Origin: Phoronis australis
Lineage: Eukaryota; Animalia; Phoronida
Direction: 5' to 3'
Length of the DNA stretch: 64,000 nt
Assembly (NCBI GenBank): GCA_002633005.1
Contig: NMRA01000373.1
Span: forward strand, 124,001 to 188,000
A program made the translations under genes and the position numbers. How positions within the stretch are numbered: position 1 is the first letter of the stretch; each line of letters begins with the position of its first letter. The notes under the pieces are model-generated. The model was not told where the DNA came from and did no database searches. It saw only the letters and a program-made list of their open reading frames with translations. Positions 26,801 through 41,800 of the stretch are shown here, piece after piece.

Positions 26801-29800
26801 GTAGCATTCAACATTTTAAAATAATTTAATACGTAAACTGTGCTCCAAAGGACTGAAAAATGTAATGTAGACCTTCAAGTAAAATGGCTGGAACTGGCAT
26901 CAGAAGAAAATGACGAAATGCATTGTGTAAAAATTACTAAAAGTAGTTTACTTTACAGGCCTTGAAACCAAGTCTTATACATCCCATAGCATTTGCATAG
27001 GCACAGCCACATTAGCGGCCAGCCTTGGCATCACCGATCAGGTGATCCAGTGTATGGGATGCCGGAAATCTGATGCACTAAAAAACTACATCCTCATCCC
27101 CTTGACCATCAGGCATACCAGACCTCCCACAGGGCCTGTTGTTTGAGCTCCCAATTTTTCACCCTTTACTTTTCAGCCTCCTCCCACTACCACGAGTCTA
27201 AGGTTTAAGCACATCATTGGTTTTTTCCCCACCATCAGATGAGGTCTGTTGTTGCAGCCTACCTCCTCTCCTACGCAGGTCTGTTGGCGCAGTCAGTGTC
27301 CCAAAGGTCTGACGTTGCAGCTTTTGCAAATTCTAGTTAGTAGTACTATGTACATTTTATCTCAGGTTTCATTGTTAACTTTCAGTTTTTATTATTTTAC
27401 TATAATAGTTCTGTGCATAGTCTACTGTTGTTATTGCCCAGGTTATGCTTCCTCGGATGGGCGATGTCAGTATTCCCATACATCCATCACGGCAGTTCTA
27501 CTTATGTCATAATCAATGACATTATTTGCAAACATCATCTTCTTACTCTGCAACTTGTGGCGCACCCCGGGCAAAATAGATTACGATAAATGAAAATCAG
27601 GCATAAAAAATCAAACTATCTTACCTCAATTTCAATGGCAGTTGCATTGGTTTCTTCTTTATTTGTTAGTGAGTAACGAGCACAATTGATCAAATTTCCT
27701 AGAAAAGATTACGTTGAATATTCGTACAAAGGATCTCCAAAACTAAATTGGCTGCACAACAATCGAGCATTCAGCATGTAAATGTTAATATAATATTTAA
27801 GTAAATATTAAAATACATTCAAATTCTGTAAAACATTCAACTGGATGCAAACACATAAAAATTGTATTTGATTACAAAAATTGTTATCGCTACTATCAAA
27901 TGAATATCATGATTATAATGATTACTATTATTATTACTTAAACAGGTTAGTCTCTTAGTAGTCTTCAAACATTTCTGCACCAAACCTGTGAAAGATGTGA
28001 GCAAAGTTGAGATCATTTCAAGGTCGCCAGAATCCATTTCCATGTTTGCTCCTTCATTGATCAGGTGTTCCAACAGGGAGTCATAAAGTCCATGCAACTT
28101 TTTCTGTAACAAACACAAATTTCTTTCACCGTGCAATAAAGCAGTCTCATGATAATGAGTCATTCATGTTTGACATACGTCCCGATGATGAGAGATACAT
28201 AACATTAGCTCCATTTCTAAAGATGAAAGGGAGACCAAATGTTGGAGAAATAAAAGAGATCATTTACTTGACAAAATAGTAGTTCATAGTACAGAAAGAT
28301 CTATAATTATATAACATATGTAAAACATGTAATTAAGTTTATAACAATGTTTCAAATTAAATTTATCTATTATAGCTTTGTACCAGAAAATTTTTGGAGA
28401 TTAAAAAAACAAACTTCATAGCACACTGTTCATCGCTTACTTTTTAAATTAAATCAATTTTAAATACTGGCTAATGATATGGGCAGTACTCTTCTAGTTT
28501 TTACTCACCCTGAACTGTTCAATCGCGTGATAACACAATCAGGCATGTCAAGTATAGGATTGCGAGGTGACCTCCATTCAAATTCTTTTAGAACATTAAT
28601 TTAGTATTACGATAAAATTTCCAATTTTAAAGTTATGTGTACAAGCCAAAAATTCATCTGCTCGTTAACATTTGGGCAAGTATAGTCAACCCTGATGATT
28701 AAGTAATAGATTGAACCCTTACAGCTGAAAAGTCTAATTAATGCTAAACACCGTAGAGCCGTACAACCTGTGATTTTCTGCTAATGACTTCAAACGGCGT
28801 GGACAGCTTCTCCCCAGCTGATGCAGTGCTTTTCATAGAGTAGAAGTCGTCCACCGAATTATGACCAAAGATGGCATCACTGCATATGTCGAGAATCTGG
28901 AGACAGTACAATCAGTGAGGAATGTGTAATAAGACAGAATTACTGAAGATAAGTTGGTGGTTGTTTAAACACTAGGGTCAAAGGTCAATTACGTACAAAA
29001 CACAGGAATACGTTTATAATATATTCCAGGTTCTTTCAAAGAATGAAATCTACTATGTTTCTGCCAAGTAGTGGGCAACCACGAAAGAAAGATCAGTTCT
29101 GACTTCATCTTCTAGCCATAGAATTTATCGTGATTGTTTTTAAAGGGCTCCAGTTGAATGGTCATTACTCTCATTTTTTGAAAAAATTTCAGCATTTTTC
29201 TGTTCAAACATCTGTTGGCTTCCCTGCAACTGGTTGTATTGTTCAGCGTCAAACAGGTGAGCACGTAACGTTAATTAAACGCCTGCAAAATCTATGATAG
29301 GTCCAGTTACAAGTGGGACGTTTAATCACCAAATAGTTCCATAGTCATGCAGGTCCAGGATGACAGGAACAATTAAACTTTCAACTCTACCAACAGATAC
29401 TTTAAGTATGACCAAACTTCAGTATCGGGAAGCAGATTCCGTGGCCGCACCTCTAAATTCCAGCTGTGGACCCAAGGTGCGGTCATGAAATCTGATGCCT
29501 CGGATTGGAGATGAACATTTTCAGTAGGTGTGCGAGAGTGTGCATGCGTGCGTGCATGTGCATATGTGTGTGTGTGTGTGTGTATATGTGTGCATATGTG
29601 TGTGTGCATATGTGTGGAGATTAGTCATGCAGATCTATAGATTTGTGCCTTGGGTTGGTGTCTACTGGTCCGGGATCAAAGATTAGGAGATTGTCAAAGC
29701 TGGAATTTTGAAGTGCAGTATGTTGTGGAACTGATTCGAACCCTTTCGTATTAAGGGTGACAAATTATATTAGCAGCAGCAAGCACTAAATGTGATTCTG

Positions 29801-32800
29801 GTTAGATTAAGCAAGCTTTGGCAATGGATCATTACAACTTTTATTCTAAGGCCATGCAATTATCTACCACAGTTCAAAGCGTTACTAAAACGAGTGCCAG
29901 AGAACTCAAACCTAACACATCTATTGGGTAAGAAGTTGTTGTATTTACTTTGAGTAAGTGATCCAGGGCTAGCACTTCACAAGGAATTCAATTTCTGAAG
30001 CACACAAAATTTCATTGTATTTTTATTAGTCAATGTCATACTGATTTGAAGTCACTGGTAATGCGGTAATTGTTCTGTTCCCACAAAAGATTAGAAAGTG
30101 TTCATGATTAACAGACTTCTAGTTGACAACAGTGACTCTTGCACAAATCTAATGGCAAAGTATAAGGTGCCGTGAAATGGAAATTTTCTAAAAATGTGAA
30201 CACACGATGAACTAGCAAGACAATAGTATAGCATTATGTCAATACAATAAACACACTCAGTCAAGGGACACTTCATATATATAATATAGAAATGTTTTCA
30301 GGATTGTAATTAAGAAAGAATGGAACAGGTCAAACACACCTGTATAGCTGTGTTGGCCGTGTGCTGCCGAATGGTCTCATTGTCTGATGCTTGTAAGTAA
30401 TAGTTGCAGACATCACCAATGACAGACACTAGCTGTACCAGAGACTCCGAATCACCTTGCACCTGGAACTTCTCCAACAGGCTGTCAGAGCCAATCACAT
30501 AGGGTTTAACATCATCCAGAGTGTTGAAGTCATACACAACCTTTGAAGAAATAAGGTTACATACTAAAAGGTGAAGATTTCAATGACCTTTGAAAGTCAA
30601 TGGTCAAAGGTTAAACAGATAATGTTTCATAAAAGCACAACAATAATACAAAAACCTCCTGTTTGGTTTCAAATCCAGACAACAGCAGTTTCAATCTAGT
30701 CCACTGTTAAGAATTTCCATGCACTTTTGAGCAGCATAACAACCCATGGCCCATGCTTCAAAGAGTTACTAAAACCATTCACCAATGGTAACTACAGAAC
30801 CGATAACTAACGCATTAATTTTTGGCAAACCACTGAACCTATCATAACTTTTCACTAATAATTGAATTTCAGAAGCCTCACAGTGAAAAATCACCAGTTT
30901 TAGTCCATGATATATCACTATAGTTTAGCCAGTGTTTTATAGCTGTGAAGTCCTCGCTAATGCCATAATTGCTCTACTCCCGGTAGATGCACGAAAATTA
31001 GTTTCTGCATATCTCCAAAGTCCATTTAGTTGCACAACATCAGTCCTGGCAATCACAGGTATGATTGTGTTTTTACCGTTGCCACCATGAAGTATTATCT
31101 GGCCGGTTAGAGGCGATAATGAAGACACCAGATTTAGAACAGTAGGTTTATATTTGAAGACTAAGTACCGAGAGAACTACTTCATTCACAGCAATATATG
31201 ACTACGCTACATAGCAATACTATAGCTGTGAAGTCCTCGCTAATGCCATAATTGCTCTACTCCTCACAACACGACCTTAGATTGGATTTCCTGAAAAAAA
31301 AACTTCTTGACAACAGCACGACTTGTTGTACAAATCTGATGAAGTATAAGACAACAACTCTACTGTATGGCCAGTGTGTACCAGCGTCTATACTTACACT
31401 TGAGTTTTCCTAGAGAACGTAATGTTTCAACTCTGTCAAATGATACAGTCATAACTTTTCATGCACAAAGAAATCAACCAATGATACGAGAGAACACCAT
31501 CACACCTAATATTTCCAGCTACCAGGTGGCGAGGAGGACAAACATGCCACAAGACTCTAACCATAACAAGGCCACAACTGGTATGTAGACATTACCTTCA
31601 CCGTATGCTCTACATCAGAGAAGGATCCAATGCTGTCAATAACACGAACGATGATGAACACATTGTGGTTATTGGATTCTAGTCCAGCTGGCAGTCTTAT
31701 GGGTTGACTTGACTGAGGTTGAGTATCTGAGCAACAGTAACAGAGAATTATGTGGGGCGGGGGGTGAATGTTCTTCAAATTCCTAATTTATTTTTGAAAA
31801 TATGAGTGCAGAAATAGTCATCTTTCAAATTTCTGAACACATACTACAGTCAAAAAAAGTTTCACAATGTCCTTTGATCATAGCAAGATGATAATTTTTT
31901 CTCAATAATTTTTACTAGAATTTCACAACAAATAAAATTTCCCTTTTCTGCCATTTTTTGTTCGCATTCGAAACAGATTTTCCACTTGATTGCAACAAAC
32001 ACAACAGCAACTCAGAGCCGTTACGCACCCGTGCTGTGGAATGAGTAACCTGGCAGCCTCATGGGGCCTGCGAGGTTACAGCTGACTGTCCTTATCAGTT
32101 TGACAGAGGCAAACCAATGTTTACATAGTCCAGCTCTCTTATTATCTGCTTCCATCTGATAAGCTCACGGAATCCAGCAATTACGTTGTTAACAGCACCA
32201 CTGACGCTAACCCAAATACTATTAGCAAACGACTTTCAACAAATGTCGTGAAGCAGATGTGTTTTGTATGAAATACTTCCACCAAAAAAAAAACTTTGAA
32301 TGGAGAAAATCGGTTGACTTTCAAAGAAATTAGTCTTAGTTTTCATCCCTTGATTCTTTTGTGTGACTAAGCTCTGACCAGCTTAACCACAGTATTGTGT
32401 ATCAACACAAAAGGCATACTTGACATGTTTAATCGACCGTGATTCCAGATTAGATTCTGATAGTGGAAATTTCATGATTTTTACACTGGAGGAGAATAGT
32501 ACATAATGGTTGAAACACACCCATGACAGCAATGTAAATGGTGCATTTTAATAAAAAAGACCATTAAATGGCGCAGAATACTTCAAACCCGTTCAAAATT
32601 GGGAAAGTGTAGTTGTCTCTCTTGTAGAAAACTGTCAAATTTCATGAACATCCACAAAGGAACTCCAAAATGATAGGCAGACGTACAAAACAAATTCCAA
32701 TAATAAGGCACTTTGGTAGTCAAATCCGTTCATCTGATGTAGAGTAAATATGAGTAGACTTGAAAATTGTGATCTTGCAAGGTAGATACATCTGCAGATG

Positions 32801-35800
32801 TGAAAATAATGTCATTAGGGAGGTCCACAGGTAAGTTGGCCCTATTTGAAAATCCACGCCAGTCGTGCTCATGTCAGTAGGAACACATCTGTCAATTTTC
32901 ATAACCGACCACTGAGCATGCAGTTTGGTGCATGCAGAAGCAGACAGCAAAAAACCAGACCAAAAATAATTGACATAGCCAGTATGTGGCGCAGAATACA
33001 TCAAATTCATCACAGATTGGAAAGAGGATGTCATCTACATATTAAATAGAAACTTGTTTCCAAATTTCATGAAAAACATTAGAAGTGGCTACGGTAAAAA
33101 ATAAAAATGCTACTGGGAGGCATAGCGATAGTCAGAGCCATGCAAAAAGTCATGGGCAGCCACTGTCACATTTATAGGAAAACAGCAGCAAAAGTTCACA
33201 AACACCATAGAAAGAAATCAGGAGCTGCAGCCATAATCGCAAGAATACAAAATCACCACAGGGGGATCTATTCAAAAATCAATGTCGCTCATGGTCTTCT
33301 CATCAGAAACACAACTGCTACAATTGAATATAATGATTCCTTGAGCAGTTTGACAGATAAAGAGCCAAACGTAAAAAAAAACAAACTATTGTAAAAACTG
33401 CCACTCAGGTGCAAAATTTATTGAATATGTCCAAAAAGGCATAATTGTCACAATAGATAACTATATAATTTGCCAAATTTCAGAAAAATCCATAAATGAA
33501 CTCCGAAGATACAGAGGCAAAGTTACATAAAAAAAGTAATTAACTGCTACTAGGACAAACACCTGTGGTCGGATTGGACTGCATTATCCATTATCGTCTT
33601 CATAGCAACATATCTGTCTTATTTTAAATGCTGGGGCTGTAGGGGCAATAAACATGGTAATTAGGCCTGGTCTGGCAATGGAACCTAACACCATCAGGTG
33701 ATGTGTATAGGCGTGAAATCACATGTTATAGGCCAAACAAAGGTTTGTGGTTTTCTCAGGAATACCCACAAACCCGAAAATGAGGAGAGGTTTTTTTGGG
33801 TTGGTCTATCATGACCACAACATGTTATGAGGGGGAACACTTGCAGTCGGATTGGTCCGAAAGTCGTCTTCATACGTTATCATCCCTATAGGAACAACAT
33901 ATCTGAACCTTAATTAAGTAACAGGCAGACTTAGATCAGTGTCACATAGAAAGCACAGACAGCTTGAAACCACAAATTATGTACACTGTACACGATTCAC
34001 GGTTTGGAAAAACAAGGCTGTTGAAAAAGTGATGTTGGCAAAACCACAAAATTGTAAGAAACTATAACTAAAAACATGAAACAAAATACAATCTCTCTAC
34101 ACAAATTATTAAAACAACTCACTGCTCTGTATGAAAGCTTTATCAAAGTCCTTGTTCAGCTGCTGATAAAACTCAAACATGAACGGCCGATCTTCATCTT
34201 GGAACCCGTCACACTCAATTGCAAATGTTGTGTTCAGAGCAATGCCCTCATGAGGACTGATGGTGCACTTGTGATCTTTGGTGCTGGGAGGCTCGTTAAC
34301 AATGATTTTACGGAACCCGATGCCTGGAAATTTCCAACCATAGTTATGAGCTATGTGCTTCTACCAATTGTGAACATACAATGTCTAAATGCCATTTAGC
34401 AAAATTCAAGGAAAATTACAGACAGTGCAGTACTCATGACGATGAATATTTTGAAGAGAAATAACTCTAAAATATAAGTAAGAATTATTAGTCTTCATAC
34501 ACGCTATGCATTGGTCACATCATGCGACCCATATTTTAGACTGCAACTTTCTTCTAAGCATACTGATGCTCTAGCGGGCCATCCGAAAATCACGCGACTT
34601 TACCGTAACCTTTCGGGACCACCGATCGATTACAGAAAAGCAAGGAGACATATTAGAAAGCATGACCTGCCCAAACTCCAGAGTGTAAACTACATACTAT
34701 TAAATACACTGTGTTCTTATAAATCAGTGCATTGATATCGTATAAGTAAGAATTATTAGTCTTCATATACGCCATGTGGTGGTCACATCACAGTTGGAAA
34801 AGATTTCTATACCAACTGGGGTTCAAACTCAGATCTTTCTGCTAACAACATAGTATTAAATTACAAGGTTCGACTAAGCGACAACCATTTTGTGACCTAA
34901 AATTGCCGTTGACTACCTCGCCAAACGCAATTTCACTTTTTCGTTACTCAACTCGCCAAACGTGACCCCAGTTTACGGCAATGCAGTTCTCACACTAACT
35001 TGCAAAACCAAGTCGGCCGGGTCAAGCAACACTCACAAAAAGAACAGTAACAAAAAACAACCGAAAAGCGCTCAGCGATGATCAACTATTGTTGCCATCC
35101 GCTAATCTCGTTTATCCACAGGCGCTAAAAATAACACTTTCGAAGAACGCCTACTATATAGGCATGAGAGCGACTCTCTAGAGGTCATAAACTTTGGAAA
35201 GTGAGATTTGAGTCTCTGTCGTTGCCTAGTCTGCTTGAATGTTGATGATAAAATGTGCGGCGCTCGAACTAAAAGCACAGGATTTGTATCAAATAGGAAT
35301 TCATAACCATGTTCTGAAGTCTCAAATGCCTTAATCCCTAGGCAACTCTAAGGCACTTTTTACTCCCCTCCCCCTTTCATCACGATATAAACCCCCCTTC
35401 GGCCTCTACTTATGCAACTACAGCCAACTCCCGGACCCCCTCCCATTTTCGGAAGAATTACCTAGTAATGAAAACAAAATAATTTCAGCACAGAAGCGCT
35501 GTTCATGGTCTTCCTTTGTTAGAACTCTTTCTACTGTGAATACTTCAAGTAATGCTTCAGGTTGTTCAATTGCAAAATTCAATCTCTAGTGCTAACTGAT
35601 TTTGTCATCTGTTTGGGCATACTTAGTTAGGGATTCAGGGCATAGATTAAAGGAGAAAGCCAACCAAAAAACAACCTATTTTGCAAGCTTATCTGACGAA
35701 GACTTCATGGGTCAGATCGTTAGGTTGCACAGGCTATCAGTTCTAACTGGAGTACACTGATCAAGAAATACTAGAAAGGCGTCGTGAACATGCACAGACA

Positions 35801-38800
35801 ACAAAACGCATGGATAGTTCTTTGGTAAGACAGAATTCGTCATAGAAATCACTATCGACGAAATGCTGGCCACAGACAGGCAGATGTTTCACGGCCTCAT
35901 ATTTGCTATTAACAGCGTACCTTTCATTCTTCACTACCGCGAGCCACTTCCTAAGCATTACGGCCTCTCAAGGAAGTCGAAAAAAACGATATACCAGCTT
36001 TTTTTCTGAGCTTCATAGTTTGGACAAGCGGGAACGATGCACCGCAATACAGCAACATTCACTCTGCAGACGAAACACTGACATCGCTGCCTCATTTCTC
36101 ACCTTCCTCACAGGTTAACACGACACCTCTTGGCAAGGTGAGGTCAACTGTATAAGAGGCGATGTGGATATAGACCGATTAAGACGGTAAAAAAAGACTA
36201 ATTAAATCGGGTGTCATTCTCCTTTAAATAACTAAAGATGCATCACTTGGTTTTTACTGCAGTTGATAAGCGGAGATGGCTTATTTCTACCTGGCGTGCC
36301 TCCTGTCTGGTAGTTGCTTTGAAAAAAAACACGACAAAGGGGGATAGCAGCTGTCTGGTGTATGAACTCTTCTGAACTCCTCCAGATGAAAGGTTTTGTG
36401 AAGTATTTTATCAATATTTAACAAAACTTAGATATTAAATGCTTTCATTTTTCATTTCGCTGTGTACGAAGCTGTAATTACTCTTTGTTCAGGGTTTGCA
36501 ACTGAAATAACTTTCATATCTCCTAGCACGCGTATTGTAACAAAAGCAACACGGAGCGTTGAAATGCGCCCACGAATGCATTGCAAATGGTGTGTTTTAG
36601 GGTTATTTATTTGCATCATAAAAATGAACACTAGATGGCGCAAAAACACACAATCCATCCAAAAACAGGAACATGTCATATTTCATAAAAATCTGTCAAG
36701 GAACTTCAGAGAAACAAAGGAAAACAGAATAAAATGAAATTGCCACTAGTGGGCACAGTGTCCGTTAGATCCGCCTGAAAGTCGTCATCTGTTGTTATCT
36801 TCACATAAATACACTAAATTTAGTAGATCCTGCAGTGGGTTTAGGAGAAACAACTATGGGCGCAAAACTAAACTACCACTAGGAGGCGCCAAAGTAGTCA
36901 GTCACCATCACCAAAGGTCGTTTTCACACTGAGAACATATATGCCAATTTTCAAATGATTTGGTTGATAAAAGGGTGGACACCAAAACAAGATTTGAAAA
37001 CAGCAAAAATGGCCACAAGGTGGTGCAAAATACCTCGATTCCATCCAAAAACAGGAAGAAAGCGAGTGTCATCACACCAATAGATGCCTACTTTAAAATT
37101 TTATGAAAATCAGTTGAGGACCTTTGAAGATAGTGAGTTAAACGTAAAAAACTAAAATTGCCACTAGGGGGCACAGCAGTAGTCAGATCTGTCCGAAAGT
37201 CGTCGTCATCCGTAGTCAACATCATGTAAATACACTATTTAAATTAAGTAAAGATCCTGCAAACGATTTAGGAGATACAGACATAGGCGCAACAAAAACA
37301 AAACTGCCACTAGGAGGCGCCACAGTAGTCAAAATAAGCGGAAAATCATCGTCAGGCATCCGCTTCATAGTAAGAACATAGGTACCAACTTTCACAATCA
37401 TCCCTTGAGCAGTTTGGTTGATAGAGGGGTGGACGCCACAAAACAGACTCGAAAACAGTAAAAATGGCCACTAGGTGGCGCAAACTACCTTGAATCCATC
37501 CGAAAACGGGAGAACAGTGTCATCTCACTAATAGGTGCCTATAGACCAAATTTTATGAAAATCCGTTAAGGACTTTTGAAGATACAGAAGTAAACGTAAA
37601 AAAAATAAAATTGCCACTAGGGGGCACACCAGTAGTCGGATCCATCCGAAAGAAGTTTGCTCATGCTGTCCCATCCAAGGAAAGAACAAATGTGTAAAAT
37701 TTCATGAACATGCGTAAAGGCGTTTTGGAGATAGAGCAGCGGACGACGGATGCCGGACGGTCACGGAAGGACAGACGGACGGAGATGACGGCATAATGCA
37801 TCCACATAAAAATATGAGGGCGCATAAAAAGGCTATAGTTGCCGATTTGGGCATAGGTGTTTAGTGGTGAGAATCATGTTTGTACAAGAAGTATCGTACA
37901 GTGGGCACGCTTTGACAACAGTTTAAAAATCAGGCTGCACTGATAGCAGATGAGTTGTGATAGCTTGTCATACTGCGATCATCACTGATGTAGCCATGAG
38001 CAGATGATCAAAATGTGGCCGAGCTGCATTTACAAAGCGATCAATTGTAGCACTGTGTCTGAGGGAACTACGAAGATTCTCAAAAAAGCTCTTTGTTCCA
38101 ACACGACAGATTACAAAAGTGTTGAATACAACGGAATGATTACTTTCTTTTATAACAAAACATAACATAAGAAGTTAATAATGAATAAGTAACGCTACAA
38201 TAAAAAAAGCCCAGCGTCTCACTGTAACAGTAGCGTATCTTTGTTGGTTTTTGGCTGCCGTGAGCTACTTGACCTGGTGCACCGCTGCGCGGTAGGGTTA
38301 GCATCACAATCGGCTGCATTGCACGCGACACCTATCAAATGCTTGCATTACTAAAAAATTTGGCGGCCTCAAATCCAGAATGGTGAGCTGAAATTTTACC
38401 AGACTCGCTAATTGTGAGTTGGGCGCTGCACTATGTTATCCCACACTGCATTGATGCAAGATATGCATGAAATACATGCGGTGAGAAATCTTCCTTGAAA
38501 TGGAAACGGTTTATTCTAAACTGTACAATTCCCTATGGCCAACGACACTTCAGTGGGCCTCCAATGACGGCAGAGCCAGAGCTTATTTTGTGAAACAGGA
38601 GCATTTCACTAGTAGATAAGTGTAATTGTGATCTTGTGTGATCTGACATCTTCACAAGTATTTTGTGTCAATGGTACACAACCCTGTGGCTATCGAACGA
38701 ATTTACGAGCTCTTCAAACTCAGGAGGTAAAAATTCAACTATCAGGCTAAGTCATACCAATTTCCATACTATGTATACAGCAAAATGCGTAAGTTTTGTC

Positions 38801-41800
38801 TTTACCTTTTTCTGGGTTGCTACCACGGAGCACCGATACATACAGGTAAAACTCCTTTCCATACAACTCCACCTTGTCAAACACAAAAGGGTCCAAAGCC
38901 AGATCACTTCCTGTGATGCCAGTGCCCTCTGCAGACCAAAGCCAGTTGTCCTCAGGCCACCTGAACGCTTCATAATATTGTAAGTTAAAGTCCTTTGGTT
39001 TGCTAATAATGTCCCACCTTTGGAAAACGACAAAAAACGTTAACTTTGAACAGTTCAAAGTAATCAATTCCATATATCTGACAAAAGCAGATATATTAGA
39101 CTTCTCAAATCAAATCAAAGCATTTACAAATTTCTTCCTAAGATTTACCAACTAAGTCACTTAATAGACAAATAATTGCTGATGTCACTAAAAGTAAGCG
39201 AATCAAAGAACAAAGCTAAATTTGCAGTCAACTCGGTAACTATCAGTTTTTAATCCCATCTTCTGCGTCATATTAAAATGGGCAAGACCAACGCAAAGCA
39301 TTGAAATGTACTCAATGTTGCACCAAAAATGGTGTGCTTCTAAGTGTGTTTAGTATCCAGCAATGGAACTAGACTTATGTAGCCAAAATAATTTCTAAAA
39401 ATCAACCACAGCTGACCCATCATTTTGACAAAGATCACCGACAAACAATATCGTATCAAAAACTAAAAAATAGCCAACAGGGACACCACTGCAGTACAAT
39501 CTATCAGATAGAGAACTGGTTCCAGCACATTAGCCAACAAGGAATGGTAGAATAGTCAACTTCGTAAGAATACAATGGTACTGGTGCATCCCCATCACAA
39601 AGTTCTGAGCCGAGTTTCAACAAAACTGGTTCTAATATGTTACTTGGCTAAAAGCAGACACACAATCACACAATTTCTTGTTCAAAACTCAAAAACTGCC
39701 AACAGAGATTGCCCCCATTGTCAAATCTGACCAGAAACAATTGACTCATCCACAACTATGTGCCAAAGTTCATCAAGATTCAATAAGTGGTTGTGGAAAT
39801 AATCAACAAACAAGCTTTAACTGTTCCCTGGGGTCACCTCCACCAGGTAAATGGTGTATGAATGAGGTTTGGGTACCTCCACTGTTAAATTTGTAATGTG
39901 TGTTAAGAATAAATGGTTTATGTTTAATTAAAACAATCATGGTGGATTTAAACCGGCTTGATATGTTTTGGCGTTTATTAAAACACCATCCCAATAAGAA
40001 AAAATAGTGGTTTAAAAAAACAACAAACAAACAAGCAAACTGAGCTAGACGCGTGGACGACAGACAGAGTACGTGACCACAACAAATTGATGTAAAAATA
40101 TGACTTGAACATCATGAAGCACATTTACAGGATAAAACATTTTGTTGCCCATTAGTCTGTGAATAACGAATTGAAGAGATTGACTGATTGACATTTCGCA
40201 ATACGAATATATTAAATTACGAATATATTAAATTACGAATTCCCAACATGGCGAGTCTTTCACCAATCACATGAGAGAAGAAAGTTACCTGTAGGTATAT
40301 TTATCAAATCTGTTGAAGCTTTTGATATGAGACCTGGCCGATAACTTCTGACGCGGGTTCAGCTTCTGACGTTTATTGGCAACAAGCCTGAGGAAAGATT
40401 GGAAAATTGGGGAATAGCACGAACAAGCGACTATACAAAGTACAGTGCAAGACAAAAGTAATCAGAGAGTAATTCAGTAAAATTAGCATAAAAATGACTG
40501 GTACTAACTATTATGGTCAGAAAATTATAAATAGCTTAGCAATATTTACTAAACTTTCTCGTTAATTCCTCTTCAATCTGGATCCTTAGGGAAGGCTTTT
40601 CTGATGATGAATTCGACCTCCACCCAGTCATAAATGACAGGGAATTCTGTGTCGTTTTGTCTGAGATGACTTTTGGCGAGACTACTGCATATGGCAAAAA
40701 TTTAATGGGGATATAGCACATGGTCAAGTAGTTAGCCATCACTGCAAAATGATCACGTAATATTAACCTCACAAATTACGACCACTATTGTACTCTGGTA
40801 CAAGGCACGTACCGAAAACAATAAGCCTTAAAAGAACATTATCCAGATTTCTTGAAGTTGTTAGCTTTGACCAGAGCTATAAAACAACATACATGATTGT
40901 CTTTGAGATTTTAATACAAATCACCAATTGTAGCCATTGTCTGTCATTACATATTCACTGAAATAAGGCCACACTGACTGTAGCAGTTAAATAACACACT
41001 TAAAGACTCTGCCAGTTATCAAGTGCGGTTTAGCTACGCCAGCAGAGTGTCAGTCTGAGATCACAGCCGTTCCAGATTTGATTTTGTGTTGAGGCAAATT
41101 TCAAAAATAAAAGCAAATGACTTTTCTTACCGATAACGTAACTCTAAATGCAGGGTTTTAGCTGCAATCTTAAACTTGCGATCATACTAAAGATACACCA
41201 GTCTTTTTCAACTAGTTCAATTTGAATAATTTAATCATGAAAACTTAAGGACATTCATTGACTTTTCAAGCAAGAGCCCAAGGATTTTCTAAGTTCTTGA
41301 TATTCAAATATTTCAACTACTCATATGAAGCCTGTGATAATTTTGCAGTTACCTTTAATTATCAAAAGTTATGACACTCACTAATTTAACTGCTTTATGT
41401 CATGGTCAATGCACTTTCAATTTGAAAAGTACTGTACTAATTCCGATCCTAGACTACCAAAAAGCTCCCCTAAGGATCAACTACCCAAAAGCTCTCCTAA
41501 GGAAAGACTTACCTGAAACCTCCTCTGAGTCTTTTTATGACCATATTTAAAAATGTCAAAAGCTTTCAATTTTAATATGCATGATATCCCAAAAAAATGT
41601 ATACACACTTCAAATAACAACGACTGTTGTTTTTTGACACAGGGACAAGACCACGAAGTCCGACTTAAATTCATAGCACTGGACAAAAACTGAATTATCA
41701 GTCTTTGGACCAAAATAAATGAATGTTTTGTAAACTTATGAAAAAGACTATAAAGTGTCTTTGCACTTCCTTAACATAATGCGATAATTTTCCTTTTCCA

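Noticed and set aside
40536-40772. 78-aa minus-strand ORF as a REJ exon
   Set aside because: No REJ motif and no phase-compatible splice sites; exon 40289-40387 bridges the neighbours exactly.
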